This document shows, piece after piece, positions 18,191 through 27,935 of a stretch of DNA of 64,000 nt. Source of the stretch: a virus (taxonomy: Duplodnaviria; Caudoviricetes); the IMG/VR virus record IMGVR_UViG_3300028886_000059, positions 52,415-116,414 of that record, one strand, 5' to 3'. Below the pieces are notes generated by a model. The model made no database searches, was not told the DNA's origin, and saw only the letters and a list, made by a program, of their open reading frames with translations. Each line of letters begins with the position of its first letter. Position 1 is the first letter of the stretch. The translations under genes were made by a program, and so were the position numbers.

Positions 18191-18577
18191 TTATTTGCCT
18201 TTTTTCTTGCATTTTATAATCAGGTTGCCAGTCTCTTCGTCATTACATGTCTGCAAGTTGTTCTCGCAGTTCCGACAGAAGTAACCGCCCATCAGAGGCT
18301 TGTCACCTTCAACATTCAGCACAGGGCATTCAACCCTTGCATTCGGTTTGATGACATACTGCTCATATTTGGGCTTTTCTACAGGTTCTTTGCCGACAGA
18401 CACTATTTCGCACTCCGTCGGCTCTTTGTCTATCCACTGCACATCGGGATGCTGCTTGTTATCAAGCGTCACCGACTGGCAGTTATGCTTTGTTTTCCAG
18501 CTTCCATTGTGCTTGAACGGTTTCTCGTCAGTCACCAACAGAATCAGGTCATTGTTTTGTTCACGAACTAAATACAT
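18191..18577 (-). CDS. Hypothetical protein
   Basis: Operon packing. Confidence 0.65.
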   Translation of the reverse strand: MYLVREQNNDLILLVTDEKPFKHNGSWKTKHNCQSVTLDNKQHPDVQWIDKEPTECEIVSVGKEPVEKPKYEQYVIKPNARVECPVLNVEGDKPLMGGYFCRNCENNLQTCNDEETGNLIIKCKKKGK

Positions 18578-18769
18578 AGTCTTTTCTATTTCAATTCGTA
18601 CTTTTCTTGAATATCTTCAGGAGTACAATCGTATTTGTTCCCTTTCTGTTCCGTTTCGGCCTTTGCTGGCTTCTCCAGCGTCACGGCCACCCTTGCATAT
18701 TGTCTGTTCATGTTTCTTTCCAGTTCTTTCCATTTCTTGCAACTCTTGAAAGAATTAGCAAGAATTATC

Positions 18770-19087
18770 TTAATCTTCGACCTTGCACCCGCAGGCTATC
18801 ATCCGCTGGTGCTCTGCCTTTACATTGTTGATGAATGCGTCCAATAACTCCTTGTTTTCTTTCGCCGTATAGAAGGTGTAAATATCAAGAGAGACAACAA
18901 CGAAATCCATGCTTCCATCGTCCTGCTCAACCTTCTTTGTCTGCGAGATAAAATGTGCACTAATGGCAATGCAGCCATCATCGTGATACTTGCGCACCCT
19001 GACTTCCAAATTCACTGTTTCCGCATACTTTCCCTGAATCGACTGCAATTTGCGGAGAAACTGCATCATCTTAGGTTTCTGTGCCAT
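18770..19087 (-). CDS. Hypothetical protein
   Basis: Operon packing. Confidence 0.65.
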   Translation of the reverse strand: MAQKPKMMQFLRKLQSIQGKYAETVNLEVRVRKYHDDGCIAISAHFISQTKKVEQDDGSMDFVVVSLDIYTFYTAKENKELLDAFINNVKAEHQRMIACGCKVED

Positions 19088-19258
19088 AGTCTGTATATAT
19101 TTTGTTGAACATCCGATTAACTAACGCCCGTACCTTTACGCCCTTGAGACGTGTAATCTTACGGCTACGGTGGCCACGCGGCTTTGCAGCGGCCTTTACA
19201 TCGTCAAACTCCCACGAATGGCGAATCTGCATGATTTTTCTGCCTGTTATCTTCATAA

Positions 19259-19531
19259 TCACTTGAATTGTTCTGTACCACATACCAGCACATCACCGAC
19301 AATCGCATTGGCCTTCCGTGCCATGTATGCAATCAGTGAAGCCTGTTTGTTATACGGCAAATTTCTAATCAGCCCCTCTTCGTTGACAATCATAATTTGG
19401 GTACTGCTTAGATGAATCACCTCGACATAACCTCCGACGATTTTCTGTGCCTCTTCAAGGCTGAAATCCGTGCCGTTCTTTGGCGTTATGCCATGATACT
19501 CGCCGTTTGCATGTATTACTGTTGCTGTCAT
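19259..19531 (-). CDS. DUF3846-like protein
   Basis: LEEAQKIVGGYVE, VNEEG, IVGDVLV. Confidence 0.8.
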   Translation of the reverse strand: MTATVIHANGEYHGITPKNGTDFSLEEAQKIVGGYVEVIHLSSTQIMIVNEEGLIRNLPYNKQASLIAYMARKANAIVGDVLVCGTEQFK

Positions 19532-19539
19532 AATCGAAA

Positions 19540-19577
19540 TGCCTGTTTACTGTCGGCTCGTCAGTTCTAAATGGTTG
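19540..19577 (-). ncRNA. Conserved pseudoknot leader, copy C
   Basis: CAACCATTTAGA ACTG ACGA GCCGA CAGT AAACA GGC. Confidence 0.6.
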
Positions 19578-19621
19578 TGATAAGGCCGCAGGGCTAATCC
19601 AGCGGCCTTGTATGCTGTTTA

Positions 19622-19834
19622 TTATAATTCTTCGGGCTTGTGCATTCTGTCGTACTCCTCATCCCAAATGGCATCCAGTTCATCCTCTTCTGCATAGACA
19701 TCGGTATTGTCGTACTTCAAAATCAGTCGCTTTGCGAAATTGATATGTGTCTTTGCCATTGCGCTGTCTGCGTTCATTATTGTCTGAGCGTCTGAAAGGT
19801 GGCTCATGATGGCGATTTGAATGTTGACTTGCAT
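19622..19834 (-). CDS. Hypothetical protein (start MQVNIQ)
   Basis: ATG lies just after leader D. Confidence 0.7.
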   Translation of the reverse strand: MQVNIQIAIMSHLSDAQTIMNADSAMAKTHINFAKRLILKYDNTDVYAEEDELDAIWDEEYDRMHKPEEL

Positions 19835-19841
19835 AATCTTC

Positions 19842-19885
19842 TGTGCCTGTTTGTCATCAGTCGGCTCTTCTGTTCTAAATGTTGT
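19842..19885 (-). ncRNA. Conserved pseudoknot leader, copy D
   Basis: Same core as copy B; promoter TACCTTTG at 19904-19911. Confidence 0.65.
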
Positions 19886-20054
19886 TGTTTCTTTTTGTTG
19901 GTACAAAGGTAAGCAAATAAATTGAAACTACCAAATTTTTCAGCGAAAAAATAAGGTTATTTGCTTTATTTAACAATTTAGCCAGCAAAAACAAAGAAAA
20001 AGGGGTGCAATATCGTTTTTTGCATCCCTATTATATATATGTATGGCTGAATTA

Positions 20055-20516
20055 TCAAATGTCGCTGAAATCCAGTGTGCAGTTAAGAGCCTGTGCAACA
20101 CTGAGGAGAAAATCGCAGTCAGACTTGTATTTGCCGCGTTCCGCGCCGCATATTGCTGACCGCTTCGCGCCTATCATGTCTGCAAGCTGCTGCTCCGTAA
20201 GATGACGCTGCTTTCGCTTGTTGGCTATCTTTCGGCCAAGACGGATGCGCTTAATCATCCTGTCTTTCAAGAGCAAATCCTCATCACCCTTTCGGGCTTC
20301 TGCCACAAAAGCAATCTCTGCCAGCACAGAGCCATCACCATCATAAACACGGTATGCTGGAACCTTCACCGTATTAAAGAAACTGACCTTCGGCGGCTGT
20401 GGGAAATCCTTACAGTTCTCTGCATAGAACGGCTCTATCTGACCGTTACCCTCCGTGGCGAGCATCTGTGCAAGCCTGCGGGCATCATCTTCGTAATATT
20501 CTGAATATCTTTCCAT
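20055..20516 (-). CDS. Protein with C-terminal XRE HTH
   Basis: RKQRHLTEQQLADMIG...ERG. Confidence 0.8.
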   Translation of the reverse strand: MERYSEYYEDDARRLAQMLATEGNGQIEPFYAENCKDFPQPPKVSFFNTVKVPAYRVYDGDGSVLAEIAFVAEARKGDEDLLLKDRMIKRIRLGRKIANKRKQRHLTEQQLADMIGAKRSAICGAERGKYKSDCDFLLSVAQALNCTLDFSDI

Positions 20517-20598
20517 GTGCGGTTGAATTTTTGTGCAAATATAAAGTTATTTGCTTACATTTCCAAATTATATGCTGTTTTTTATATCAAAATAACAT

Positions 20599-21036
20599 TT
20601 ACGGCTTAATCATTCCTTTCTCCTCCAGTTTTTTGATAATCTTATCATAGACCGCATCGACATCCGCATGAAATTCTGAATAGATGTAATAATACATCTT
20701 CACGTTCCTGCAATTATGTGATATGAGCGTTTTCTTGCAGCCAGTGACTTTTGCGATTTTGTCACGTATGCCGCCACGCTTCATCTTCCGTCCGCAGAAT
20801 GTTTCGGGTGAATACAGATACAGGATGATGAAAATGAACTTAGACCGCTGAATCGTGTTATTCAGCTGCTTGATGTTCGGATGAAGTTCACGCATCGCAG
20901 ACAAGAACATGTCATAGATGTTTCCTATCAGCGACACATCTGACAAAGTAGGGCGCAGCAGATTTCTCTCTTCTTCAAGCATCTGTTGCTTCCTTTTCTG
21001 CAAAGATTCGATTTGGATAAAAAAATTTTTCAGCAT
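20599..21036 (-). CDS. Hypothetical phage protein
   Basis: 145 aa ORF. Confidence 0.7.
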   Translation of the reverse strand: MLKNFFIQIESLQKRKQQMLEEERNLLRPTLSDVSLIGNIYDMFLSAMRELHPNIKQLNNTIQRSKFIFIILYLYSPETFCGRKMKRGGIRDKIAKVTGCKKTLISHNCRNVKMYYYIYSEFHADVDAVYDKIIKKLEEKGMIKP

Positions 21037-21121
21037 AAATTTGGATATTTACTACAAAACTTGTAACTTTGCAACGTCGAGTAATTCGGGGGATGGAATA
21101 CGCAAGTATCTGCCCCCTTTT

Positions 21122-21325
21122 TTATTCTTCGCTGTTGTTCAGTTCATCACTATCTCCCTCCCTGTAAGACAGGTTTATTTTCACCTTCTTACCTAACTCC
21201 TTCTTATACTGACGGCACAACTCAGAACGTTTCTGTTCCAAGTTGTCCGTCAGAATATCGCAGAAGCGGGTTTTCAGGACACCGCCGCTGCCATCAGTAA
21301 CCATAATTCTCGTTATCTTGAACAT
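21122..21325 (-). CDS. Hypothetical protein
   Basis: Operon packing. Confidence 0.6.
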   Translation of the reverse strand: MFKITRIMVTDGSGGVLKTRFCDILTDNLEQKRSELCRQYKKELGKKVKINLSYREGDSDELNNSEE

Positions 21326-22068
21326 ATTCCAAGTTTTTTCTTTTCAAGTTCAATCAATGTAAGGATGCAATAGTTGGCCGCATCCATCAGCGAGTCATTG
21401 ATGCTTTCCTGCTTGACCTGCCCTTGCGTCTCGGAAAGAACCTTGATTCGGTTTATCTTCTCCTTGAGGTGCATAAGGGCATAGGTCATTCCGTATTCCG
21501 CAAACAATTCAGCAAACGAATTGCCGTAGTCGTGATTCTTGGCCTTGAATGTGTCGGCCATCCATTCGGTGATACGCTTGAATCGGTCTGCATCGGTCAT
21601 GTTCAGTTCAAAGTCGCGGATGTTCTTTTCTACCAGCTTTGCAATCTGACTACTTTGAAAATAAGGGATAACCTTGTTATCACTTTTCAGTTGAGGATAT
21701 TTCTCCATAAACTCCAGTGCTGCATCCTTGCTGTTAAACAGAAGAACGGAAAGGTCATGCGCACTGCCCATGTGCATTGCTCCATTCTCGTCAATACGCT
21801 GGAATACATAATCGTGCATGTTCTTTCTGTAGCCTATCACCCATGCGTCAGGTCGAAGGTCGCCGATTCTGATGATTTCCTCATCCTTTGCGTAGTGCCG
21901 TGCATCATCGCGGCTTATGAACTTGAAGGCCAGTTCGATGTCATTTGTATAGCTGCCCTGAGACTGCATGAATGCCGTCTTGCAGCGTTGTGTTTCCCCA
22001 TCAAACTGGCAGTCAACAACAACAAATAAATTGTCTAACAGGTATTCTTTCTTTTCCATAACTGTCAT
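21313..22068 (-). CDS. Protein with C-terminal DUF1599 (nucleotide-modification associated) domain
   Basis: KNHDYGNSF...ESINDSLMDAANY. Confidence 0.8.
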   Translation of the reverse strand: MTVMEKKEYLLDNLFVVVDCQFDGETQRCKTAFMQSQGSYTNDIELAFKFISRDDARHYAKDEEIIRIGDLRPDAWVIGYRKNMHDYVFQRIDENGAMHMGSAHDLSVLLFNSKDAALEFMEKYPQLKSDNKVIPYFQSSQIAKLVEKNIRDFELNMTDADRFKRITEWMADTFKAKNHDYGNSFAELFAEYGMTYALMHLKEKINRIKVLSETQGQVKQESINDSLMDAANYCILTLIELEKKKLGICSR

Positions 22069-22697
22069 TTCGTACCTGTACTGCCAAAGCCGCCGTCACC
22101 GCGCTCACTTTCATCCAGCTTATCCACCAACAGAAGTTCTGTTTCAGGAACAGGCAGAATGGCCATCTGCGCAATCTTATATCCATTTGCCAGCGTCACC
22201 ATCGAATTGTCAACAGCACCGCTTTCATCCTTTCTGTAAGGCTTCGGAACACGGTTATCAACGATGCAGCCGACGATGCCACGGTAGCCTGCATCCACGA
22301 TACCAGTCTTGACCTCGGCATTGATTCGCCTTTGATTGATGTTTTCCAGCCCCTTCGACATATTGCCGCTTCTTGAGCGGATGTATGCACAATAGCCTTT
22401 CGGCAGCTGAATCCTGAATCCCAGCGGTATCTGCTGACGGCCATGCCGCAAGACTATTTCCTTCGGAAGATACAGGTCATAGCAGGCATCATCTTCATGC
22501 GATTTGACTGGCATTACACCGCCATCTTCCAACACTATCTTTATGCCTACTGGCATATCATGGCTTCTTCGCCATTCATCAAGCCGCCATATAGAAGGGA
22601 TTACAAACAATGCCACAAGCACAGACATGGCAACTACAATGATAAACACTCCAATACTACTTAGTTCCATTTTCGATAATTGATGTTTTTGTTTCAC
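22065..22697 (-). CDS. dut: dUTPase (trimeric type)
   Basis: DACYDL, RSRSG, GIVDAGYRG, KIAQ, RGDGGFGSTG. Confidence 0.95.
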   Translation of the reverse strand: MKQKHQLSKMELSSIGVFIIVVAMSVLVALFVIPSIWRLDEWRRSHDMPVGIKIVLEDGGVMPVKSHEDDACYDLYLPKEIVLRHGRQQIPLGFRIQLPKGYCAYIRSRSGNMSKGLENINQRRINAEVKTGIVDAGYRGIVGCIVDNRVPKPYRKDESGAVDNSMVTLANGYKIAQMAILPVPETELLLVDKLDESERGDGGFGSTGTK

Positions 22698-23007
22698 TAA
22701 ATCTTTCCTTCAATTTCACGCAGAAGGATTTCGCGTCGTAATACACGGATTCGACATACCAAAGCGACTGCCTGAATCCGTTTCTTAACTGGATGGTATC
22801 AAACGGATAGCACACCCATTCGTTATTGTTATTGAAACACTCCCAGCATTCCTGCCTGTCATGCACCAAACACATATCAGACGGAATCGTTGTCTTTGCG
22901 CTGTAGCATAGACGCTTTATCCAGTGTGCATTGAACGGGATGCGTACAATCCCACCAGCCTTGATGGAATCATACTCACCCTTTGTCATTTGATAATAGA
23001 GCCTCAT
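22657..23007 (-). CDS. Hypothetical protein
   Basis: Operon packing. Confidence 0.6.
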   Translation of the reverse strand: MRLYYQMTKGEYDSIKAGGIVRIPFNAHWIKRLCYSAKTTIPSDMCLVHDRQECWECFNNNNEWVCYPFDTIQLRNGFRQSLWYVESVYYDAKSFCVKLKERFSETKTSIIENGTK

Positions 23008-23282
23008 TGTTCCGAAATCTTTTGTCTCACAACCTTGTCTATTGCCCTATTCATACACACAGTAAACATCCTGTCGGCAATCATAAGAATTGCAGCATAG
23101 GATGACATGAAAGCCGCCAATCCGTACTTCCAGCCATAGAACAACGTCACAGCCACACCGATAACGCCAGCAAGCATCAGCAATATGGCTGCAAGCATGA
23201 ATTTTCTGTGATAGGCGTAGATATAGATTCCCAGCTTATCCTCATCTGTGATTTTGCACTTCAATTCGTACATCAGTTTCAT
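23004..23282 (-). CDS. Membrane protein (2 TM)
   Basis: Hydrophobic segments. Confidence 0.65.
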   Translation of the reverse strand: MKLMYELKCKITDEDKLGIYIYAYHRKFMLAAILLMLAGVIGVAVTLFYGWKYGLAAFMSSYAAILMIADRMFTVCMNRAIDKVVRQKISEQ

Positions 23283-23285
23283 AGA

Positions 23286-23771
23286 CTATTGCTCGTATTC
23301 GGGCTTATCGTCCTTTTCCTTCTTCTGATACTCAAACACATCCATAATGTTCGTTTCCGAGACAGATGCGATAACATAGTCTATCATCGTGCCGCCCATG
23401 ACTTCATCAATGGCCTTAACAGCACTGTTGAAGCTGCCAGCCTGCACAAGATAGCAGCAGTTCGTCCGTTTCTCCTTTTCCGTCTTTTCATCAATCGTGA
23501 TGAATTGCAGCTTGGCCTTATACCAGCGGTCTGCCATTTCGTCATCGTTGAAGAAAATCTCCTTGAACGGACATTTCTTCATGTCATCAACCGTGAACTC
23601 ACCGCTGATATACGCGGACATTTCCTCAATCATGCGGCCTTCGCCCTCAGTGAACGAAAGCGCATCGACAACGTAGTTTTCAGACACTTTCTTCTGCAAA
23701 CCATCTTCCATTGTCTTTTCATACCGAATCTTTACATTAAACCATTCGGCGGTTCTACTTCTGTAAGCCAT
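23286..23771 (-). CDS. DUF4494 protein
   Basis: WF.VKIRYEKTMEDGLQKKVSE.YVVDALSFTE. Confidence 0.85.
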   Translation of the reverse strand: MAYRSRTAEWFNVKIRYEKTMEDGLQKKVSENYVVDALSFTEGEGRMIEEMSAYISGEFTVDDMKKCPFKEIFFNDDEMADRWYKAKLQFITIDEKTEKEKRTNCCYLVQAGSFNSAVKAIDEVMGGTMIDYVIASVSETNIMDVFEYQKKEKDDKPEYEQ

Positions 23772-23776
23772 AATCT

Positions 23777-24310
23777 TTAATCTTCTTGTTTGTTAGACTT
23801 CATGTATTTAATTCTCTCGTTTACATAGTATTCCAAATCCACGTCTTCCGACTTCGCCCAGCTGATAACAAATCCTGTCATCATAATCACGCGCTTTTTG
23901 ATAGGAACTACAGACATTACCAGCTTCGCAAATGAAAAACAGTTGTTGTTGAACGTGAACTCCGTGAAATTGCGCCTAAATTCAGGCTCCAGTGCCTCAA
24001 AGTTCATTTCCTTTGCAGCGGCCAAATCCAAGATACCCAGCATCAGGTCTGCAAACCTTTCTTCTGTTGAGCATCGGATATAGAGCCTGTAGTTCTTTAC
24101 GGAATTTGGCTTCTTGAACAGGCTGCGCTCATTATTGAAATGCTCGTAACTGCCACGGTCTGCAATCCGCTTCAACTTCACCGCGATTCGCAGGGCTGTA
24201 AGATAATCCAGCAGCCTGACCAATCCCTCGCCGATGTCGGCCTTATTCCATTTGTCGGCATTCAGCTTATGTATTTCCTTTGATAATTCTTCCAGTTGTT
24301 GCTTAGTCAT
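23777..24310 (-). CDS. Hypothetical (MazG-like helical) protein
   Basis: EERFADLM; weak resemblance only. Confidence 0.55.
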   Translation of the reverse strand: MTKQQLEELSKEIHKLNADKWNKADIGEGLVRLLDYLTALRIAVKLKRIADRGSYEHFNNERSLFKKPNSVKNYRLYIRCSTEERFADLMLGILDLAAAKEMNFEALEPEFRRNFTEFTFNNNCFSFAKLVMSVVPIKKRVIMMTGFVISWAKSEDVDLEYYVNERIKYMKSNKQED

Positions 24311-24579
24311 TGGTTCATATAGTTTTCGACGTAGGCATCACGCAGATGCTTGATGACCTCTCCGACATCATCAGCCCTTACATTCCACCTCCCATCATTG
24401 TTTGATACCTGAAACAGCGGCATACCACAAACCACTATCTCGTTTATTAACTCGCCTTTTTCACCAGTCCTACAGGTAGGATAGATGTTTTGGTTGGCCT
24501 CTTCCGTAGCACGTTTCCGTTTGTCTGCCAACCTTTTCTCCTTGAAATAGTTGCCTATTGACTTCAATTTAGCCTCCAT
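24307..24579 (-). CDS. Hypothetical protein
   Basis: Operon packing. Confidence 0.65.
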   Translation of the reverse strand: MEAKLKSIGNYFKEKRLADKRKRATEEANQNIYPTCRTGEKGELINEIVVCGMPLFQVSNNDGRWNVRADDVGEVIKHLRDAYVENYMNQ

Positions 24580-24581
24580 GA

Positions 24582-25151
24582 TTATTTGTTTAACTTTTCA
24601 AAATTCTTGCCCCAGCTGTCTGACTTCCGCTTGCTGATGATAGACTTGGCCTTGTTTTTCATCATCTGATACATGTTATCGACCCTAACGCCCCATTCGT
24701 TATCTTCAAGGTACTGTGAGTTTTCACCCCAATACTTCATCTTGGCCTGAATAACTTCCGAAAGTTCCTTTAGGTCATCGTGCATTTCATAGTTCAGTGT
24801 CTTGTCTGTACGATGAAGCACGTCGTTAATGTCTAACAGGCAGGACTCCACGATGTCAATAGCCATGAACAGCGTCACGTTCAGGATGCTGATTTCTTCC
24901 TTATCTTCTTTCGGAATATCCAAATCCTTGAAATCAATCTCCTCACATTCGGCATTGACTTCATCGAGGTAAGCCTGCACGACAGTACCGAAAAGGACTT
25001 CAATCATCTTTCCGATAGACAAGGCAGCATTATACTCCTTCTTCTGCTGGAGAAGATACTGTTGCGTCCGTAACCCCTTGACTTGCGGCTCTTCTTCAAA
25101 CTTCTTGCGAATCATGGCCATCATGTCCGCTGGTATGTCCTTTGCTTCCAT
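24582..25151 (-). CDS. Hypothetical protein
   Basis: Operon packing. Confidence 0.7.
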   Translation of the reverse strand: MEAKDIPADMMAMIRKKFEEEPQVKGLRTQQYLLQQKKEYNAALSIGKMIEVLFGTVVQAYLDEVNAECEEIDFKDLDIPKEDKEEISILNVTLFMAIDIVESCLLDINDVLHRTDKTLNYEMHDDLKELSEVIQAKMKYWGENSQYLEDNEWGVRVDNMYQMMKNKAKSIISKRKSDSWGKNFEKLNK

Positions 25152-25152
25152 A

Positions 25153-25707
25153 TCAGAATTTCAATGTTTGCTGTTCACCGACAATCTGTTTCTTTCGCAT
25201 ATCCCAATACCTGCACGATGCCAGCCTTGCGACCGTCAGCCTTTCTTCAAGGAACAGCTTACGCGCACCACTGCGATTACTTAGCTTTTTCGGCTCGTAG
25301 CTGAGATAGCCACGTTCATCATACCAAATAACAGCAGGGTAGAACTGCGTCACGCGGTTTTCAAATTCGCTTTCGTGGTTGTAGAGCAAGCCTATCTTTT
25401 TCCATTCAGCCTGAAACAACTCCAACGCCTTTTCACGTATCGACTTTGGCAGGCAGTAATAGAATCTATACACCTTTTCGTCATTGTGAAAGATGTCTTT
25501 CTTGAAGTCTGCCCGCAAATCCTCGATTGAACGCTTGATTTCTATTTCCGTCAGATAGCCGCTTTTGTTGACGATGGCGAGGTCTGCCTCATGATTCAGC
25601 AAGCCCCATGACAGGTTAGGGATGATGATGTCATTCCGTACACTGGCCATGCCCGAACCGAATATCAGCGCGTTTTCTATGTCACGCACACTTAGATTCG
25701 TGTCCAT
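25153..25707 (-). CDS. PD-(D/E)XK nuclease-fold (MmcB-like) protein
   Basis: HEADL...EIEIKRS..DL.ADFKK. Confidence 0.75.
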   Translation of the reverse strand: MDTNLSVRDIENALIFGSGMASVRNDIIIPNLSWGLLNHEADLAIVNKSGYLTEIEIKRSIEDLRADFKKDIFHNDEKVYRFYYCLPKSIREKALELFQAEWKKIGLLYNHESEFENRVTQFYPAVIWYDERGYLSYEPKKLSNRSGARKLFLEERLTVARLASCRYWDMRKKQIVGEQQTLKF

Positions 25708-25710
25708 ATC

Positions 25711-25920
25711 CTACTGCTTGACGAATATCACATTCTTTCTGTCCTTTCGCTTGTCAGCCTTGCATTCACCGTGATAGTTCCACACGTTCATGCGGTTGCA
25801 GTGCTGATGACGATAGAAACAGCCATCACAACTCTTAATTTCTGACTCCTTGACCTGCAAAGAAACCGACCTGTTTCTGTCTGTGCGGTCATTGTAAACT
25901 TCACCAATTTGCCTTTCCAT
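25711..25920 (-). CDS. Small Cys-rich hypothetical
   Basis: Paralog of 7934-8173. Confidence 0.65.
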   Translation of the reverse strand: MERQIGEVYNDRTDRNRSVSLQVKESEIKSCDGCFYRHQHCNRMNVWNYHGECKADKRKDRKNVIFVKQ

Positions 25921-25922
25921 AA

Positions 25923-26459
25923 TTATATAGTTTTGAATTTATAACCATGCACAGTGCCGTTTCTTGAAAGCGCACCCGATATTTGATTCTTCGGGATGCC
26001 GAGGTCAACGGCTGCGGCCTTGATAGACGGGTATTCCTTCCCTGTTGTGACACAAAGGACTGGCTTTCTTACTACCACCTTGCCGAACCTGCAATTAGGG
26101 TCATGCACCAGCCTGTAAGCCGTCTGCCTGTACTGCTCTTTTCGCTTTTGCCGACTTTCCTCCGACCATTCCGACATGGGCTTGAATGTTGACGTGCCTT
26201 TCTTCATCGGCTGTGTGTACTTCGTGCGCTTATATGCCAGTTCATGCGTCCTGCCCTCAAGCCATAACTTATGATACTCGTCGTTATACATCCATTTCAG
26301 GCCATAGTACAGATGACCAGTCTTGCAGGCATCGCTAATCTTGCCTGCTGTCAGGTTGTATTTCCGTGCCGCATCGACTATCCTTTCAAAATAGCCGCAC
26401 ATCGAACCGTCAGCATCAACGGCCACGATGTCCTTTGTTCGTTTGTCTTTCTTTTCCAT
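25923..26459 (-). CDS. Protein with two NUMOD1-like DNA-binding repeats
   Basis: F..IVDAAR...ISDAC...YGLKW and YPSIKAAA...IS.AL...HGYKF; start MEKKDK. Confidence 0.7.
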   Translation of the reverse strand: MEKKDKRTKDIVAVDADGSMCGYFERIVDAARKYNLTAGKISDACKTGHLYYGLKWMYNDEYHKLWLEGRTHELAYKRTKYTQPMKKGTSTFKPMSEWSEESRQKRKEQYRQTAYRLVHDPNCRFGKVVVRKPVLCVTTGKEYPSIKAAAVDLGIPKNQISGALSRNGTVHGYKFKTI

Positions 26460-26461
26460 AG

Positions 26462-26602
26462 TCGAGGGAGCAGGGCTCGAACCTGCGACACACACAATCC
26501 ATGTGTAACTTCATGTATGCGAGGCTGCTATTCTTGCGCTCGTATTTACAGCCATCCTCCCGTTCCATATACGGGTGTGCTAACCAACTACACCATCCCT
26601 CT
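26462..26602 (-). ncRNA. tRNA-like RNA with very long variable region
   Basis: GAGGGA/TCCCTC acceptor, GTGT/GCAC D-arm, CCCGT-ATATGGA-ACGGG arm, about 72-nt insert, GCAGG-TTCGAGC-CCTGC T-arm. Confidence 0.7.
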
Positions 26603-26796
26603 GTTTTCAAAAATGGCGGCGGGTTGCGCTACCAACCTCTGCGCCCTGCATGACGGTAGAATCACACACCTTCAAGTTCATAGGTGTTTCTTTCCAAACG
26701 TATTGCAATGCAGGTTTTACCGCTATAGGACATACCTAACCACCGAATAACTTAATTTTTTATCAATCGTATGAACATGTAACCATTTCCCACCCT

Positions 26797-27081
26797 TCAA
26801 CCCTTGCACTCCCATTTAGCTGGCGGTCTGTGTCTGTAACCCGCCATCGTATTTGAATCGGGAGGTGTCATTGTAATGTATTCCGTAACGAATAGCATCA
26901 GCGTCGTTTCAGAATTGATTGGCAGCATTGTGAAACACGCCGTTTCAGCAGCATCGAAATGCAATGACTTTGCTACTACCGCCGTTTTCTTTCCGTCACC
27001 GTATAACGGTCTTGCTTCGGCGGTGAACATCAGACTGGCGAGAAATGCAGTCACCAAAAAGAGATTCATTTTCATGAGCAA
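26797..27081 (-). CDS. Hypothetical protein with signal-peptide-like N-terminus
   Basis: Hydrophobic N-terminus ending AEA. Confidence 0.5.
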   Translation of the reverse strand: MLMKMNLFLVTAFLASLMFTAEARPLYGDGKKTAVVAKSLHFDAAETACFTMLPINSETTLMLFVTEYITMTPPDSNTMAGYRHRPPAKWECKG

Positions 27082-27099
27082 ACGTAGTTTTTTTAGTTA

Positions 27100-27918
27100 T
27101 TAAATTGCCGAACTGAAAAGATTCGGCTGAATATTCTCTTCTATAAACTTGCAGGCTTCCCGATAGAAATTCTTGTCTATTTCAAAGCCGTAAGCCTTAC
27201 GCCCAAGATTCGCGGCTGCAAGCAACGTCGAGCCACTGCCAGCCACGGGGTCAATCACAACATCGTCGGGGTCTGTGAACAGTTCTATCAGACGCTCCAG
27301 CAGCGCAATGGGCTTTTGTGTAGGATGGATTTTCTTCACGCGGGTTTCACGGGGAAATTCCATACAGTTGAAAACCATATTGCCATTGTTGTTGAACTTC
27401 GGCAACCTGTCACGGTACAGGACTAATCCCCATTCCGTATTTCCGACAATCTTCATGTTTGCCTTGAGCACCTGTGCCGAATAGTTCTTTCTGAACACCA
27501 ACGGTATGTATTTTGCAAGGCCATAACGCTTTCCAAGGTCAATGAAATATTGAAGCTGGTCAAACGCACAGAACAGAACCATGCACGGCGACTGGCTTTT
27601 CATCTTACTGCCGACCTTCGGGGCGTTTTCAAGTTCCTCTTCACTGACACCGTTTTTCGGCTCTTTACGCAGCATGTGTGAGCAAAAGTGCATAAACTCA
27701 GCTGGCCTGAAATTATTGTCAGTGTTGAAGAACTGCTTGCCTGCAAGTTCCGATTCGCCGTTTTGGTTGTCACCGTCATTATACCATGCAGGATTGCTGG
27801 CATAGGCGTTATTACCCAAATTATAAGGTACGTCGGCTATTATCAGCTGTGCCTTTTGCAGTTGATAACTGCGAAAATTTTGAAAGCTATCATTAAATAA
27901 TTCTATATTCTTTGCCAT
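27100..27918 (-). CDS. DNA N4-C/N6-A methyltransferase (beta class)
   Basis: IADVPY, HPTQKP, DPVAGSGST. Confidence 0.9.
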   Translation of the reverse strand: MAKNIELFNDSFQNFRSYQLQKAQLIIADVPYNLGNNAYASNPAWYNDGDNQNGESELAGKQFFNTDNNFRPAEFMHFCSHMLRKEPKNGVSEEELENAPKVGSKMKSQSPCMVLFCAFDQLQYFIDLGKRYGLAKYIPLVFRKNYSAQVLKANMKIVGNTEWGLVLYRDRLPKFNNNGNMVFNCMEFPRETRVKKIHPTQKPIALLERLIELFTDPDDVVIDPVAGSGSTLLAAANLGRKAYGFEIDKNFYREACKFIEENIQPNLFSSAI

Positions 27919-27935
27919 TCCATTATTTTCTTGTT

